Below are positions 63,849 through 64,000 of a stretch of DNA of 64,000 nt, piece after piece. Position 1 is the first letter of the stretch. The number at the start of each line of letters is the position of its first letter. A program made the position numbers and the translations under genes. Source of the stretch: Octopus sinensis (taxonomy: Eukaryota); the NCBI RefSeq assembly GCF_006345805.1, contig NC_042999.1:131812001-131876000 (forward strand). The letters run 5' to 3'. A model generated the notes under the pieces. That model had not been told where the DNA came from, ran no database searches, and saw only the letters and a program-made list of their open reading frames with translations.

Positions 63849-64000
63849 GTAAGTACTACCATCATATTCTCATGCGTATTCTTTTTCAAATGTACTTTCT
63901 TTCTGTACTGATCGTTGTCTGAAGTGTCGTCAATCAGTCAACTAAACTAAACACAGCAAGGTGTAAACATTGTTTAGTAAAACTAAGAAGAAAGACAGAA

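Overview
This is eukaryotic, very AT-rich, microsatellite- and transposon-dense animal DNA. The SINE families and repeat style suggest an octopus or other coleoid mollusc (inference, not a database result). Three genic elements are visible, all on the + strand. (1) Internal exons of an unidentified gene at 3.0-6.5 kb: a 603-nt Ser-rich exon with a probable GC donor, then two tandemly duplicated 84-nt exons. (2) A complete ERLIN (erlin-1/2, SPFH domain) gene: 11 coding exons from 29682 to 53757 splice into a 984-nt ORF (327 aa), with a 23-nt microexon, a probable non-coding first exon near 24.8 kb and a probable 3'-UTR intron. (3) A probable promoter and first exon of another gene at about 63.7-63.85 kb. 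The rest is mostly mobile DNA: RTE and CR1 LINE fragments, a fragmented hAT/Buster transposase, Helitron-type elements, piggyBac-, hAT- and Merlin-type MITEs and several tRNA-derived SINE families. The most unusual structures are hammerhead-ribozyme-like motifs: an inverted pair in a ~530-bp-arm palindrome (8452-9676), one at the tail of a tRNA-headed SINE, and one degenerate. Also notable are the duplicated exon pair and a 14-unit 30-bp minisatellite expanded in frame inside an RTE LINE remnant. All coordinates were read by hand; TE boundaries without TSDs are approximate.
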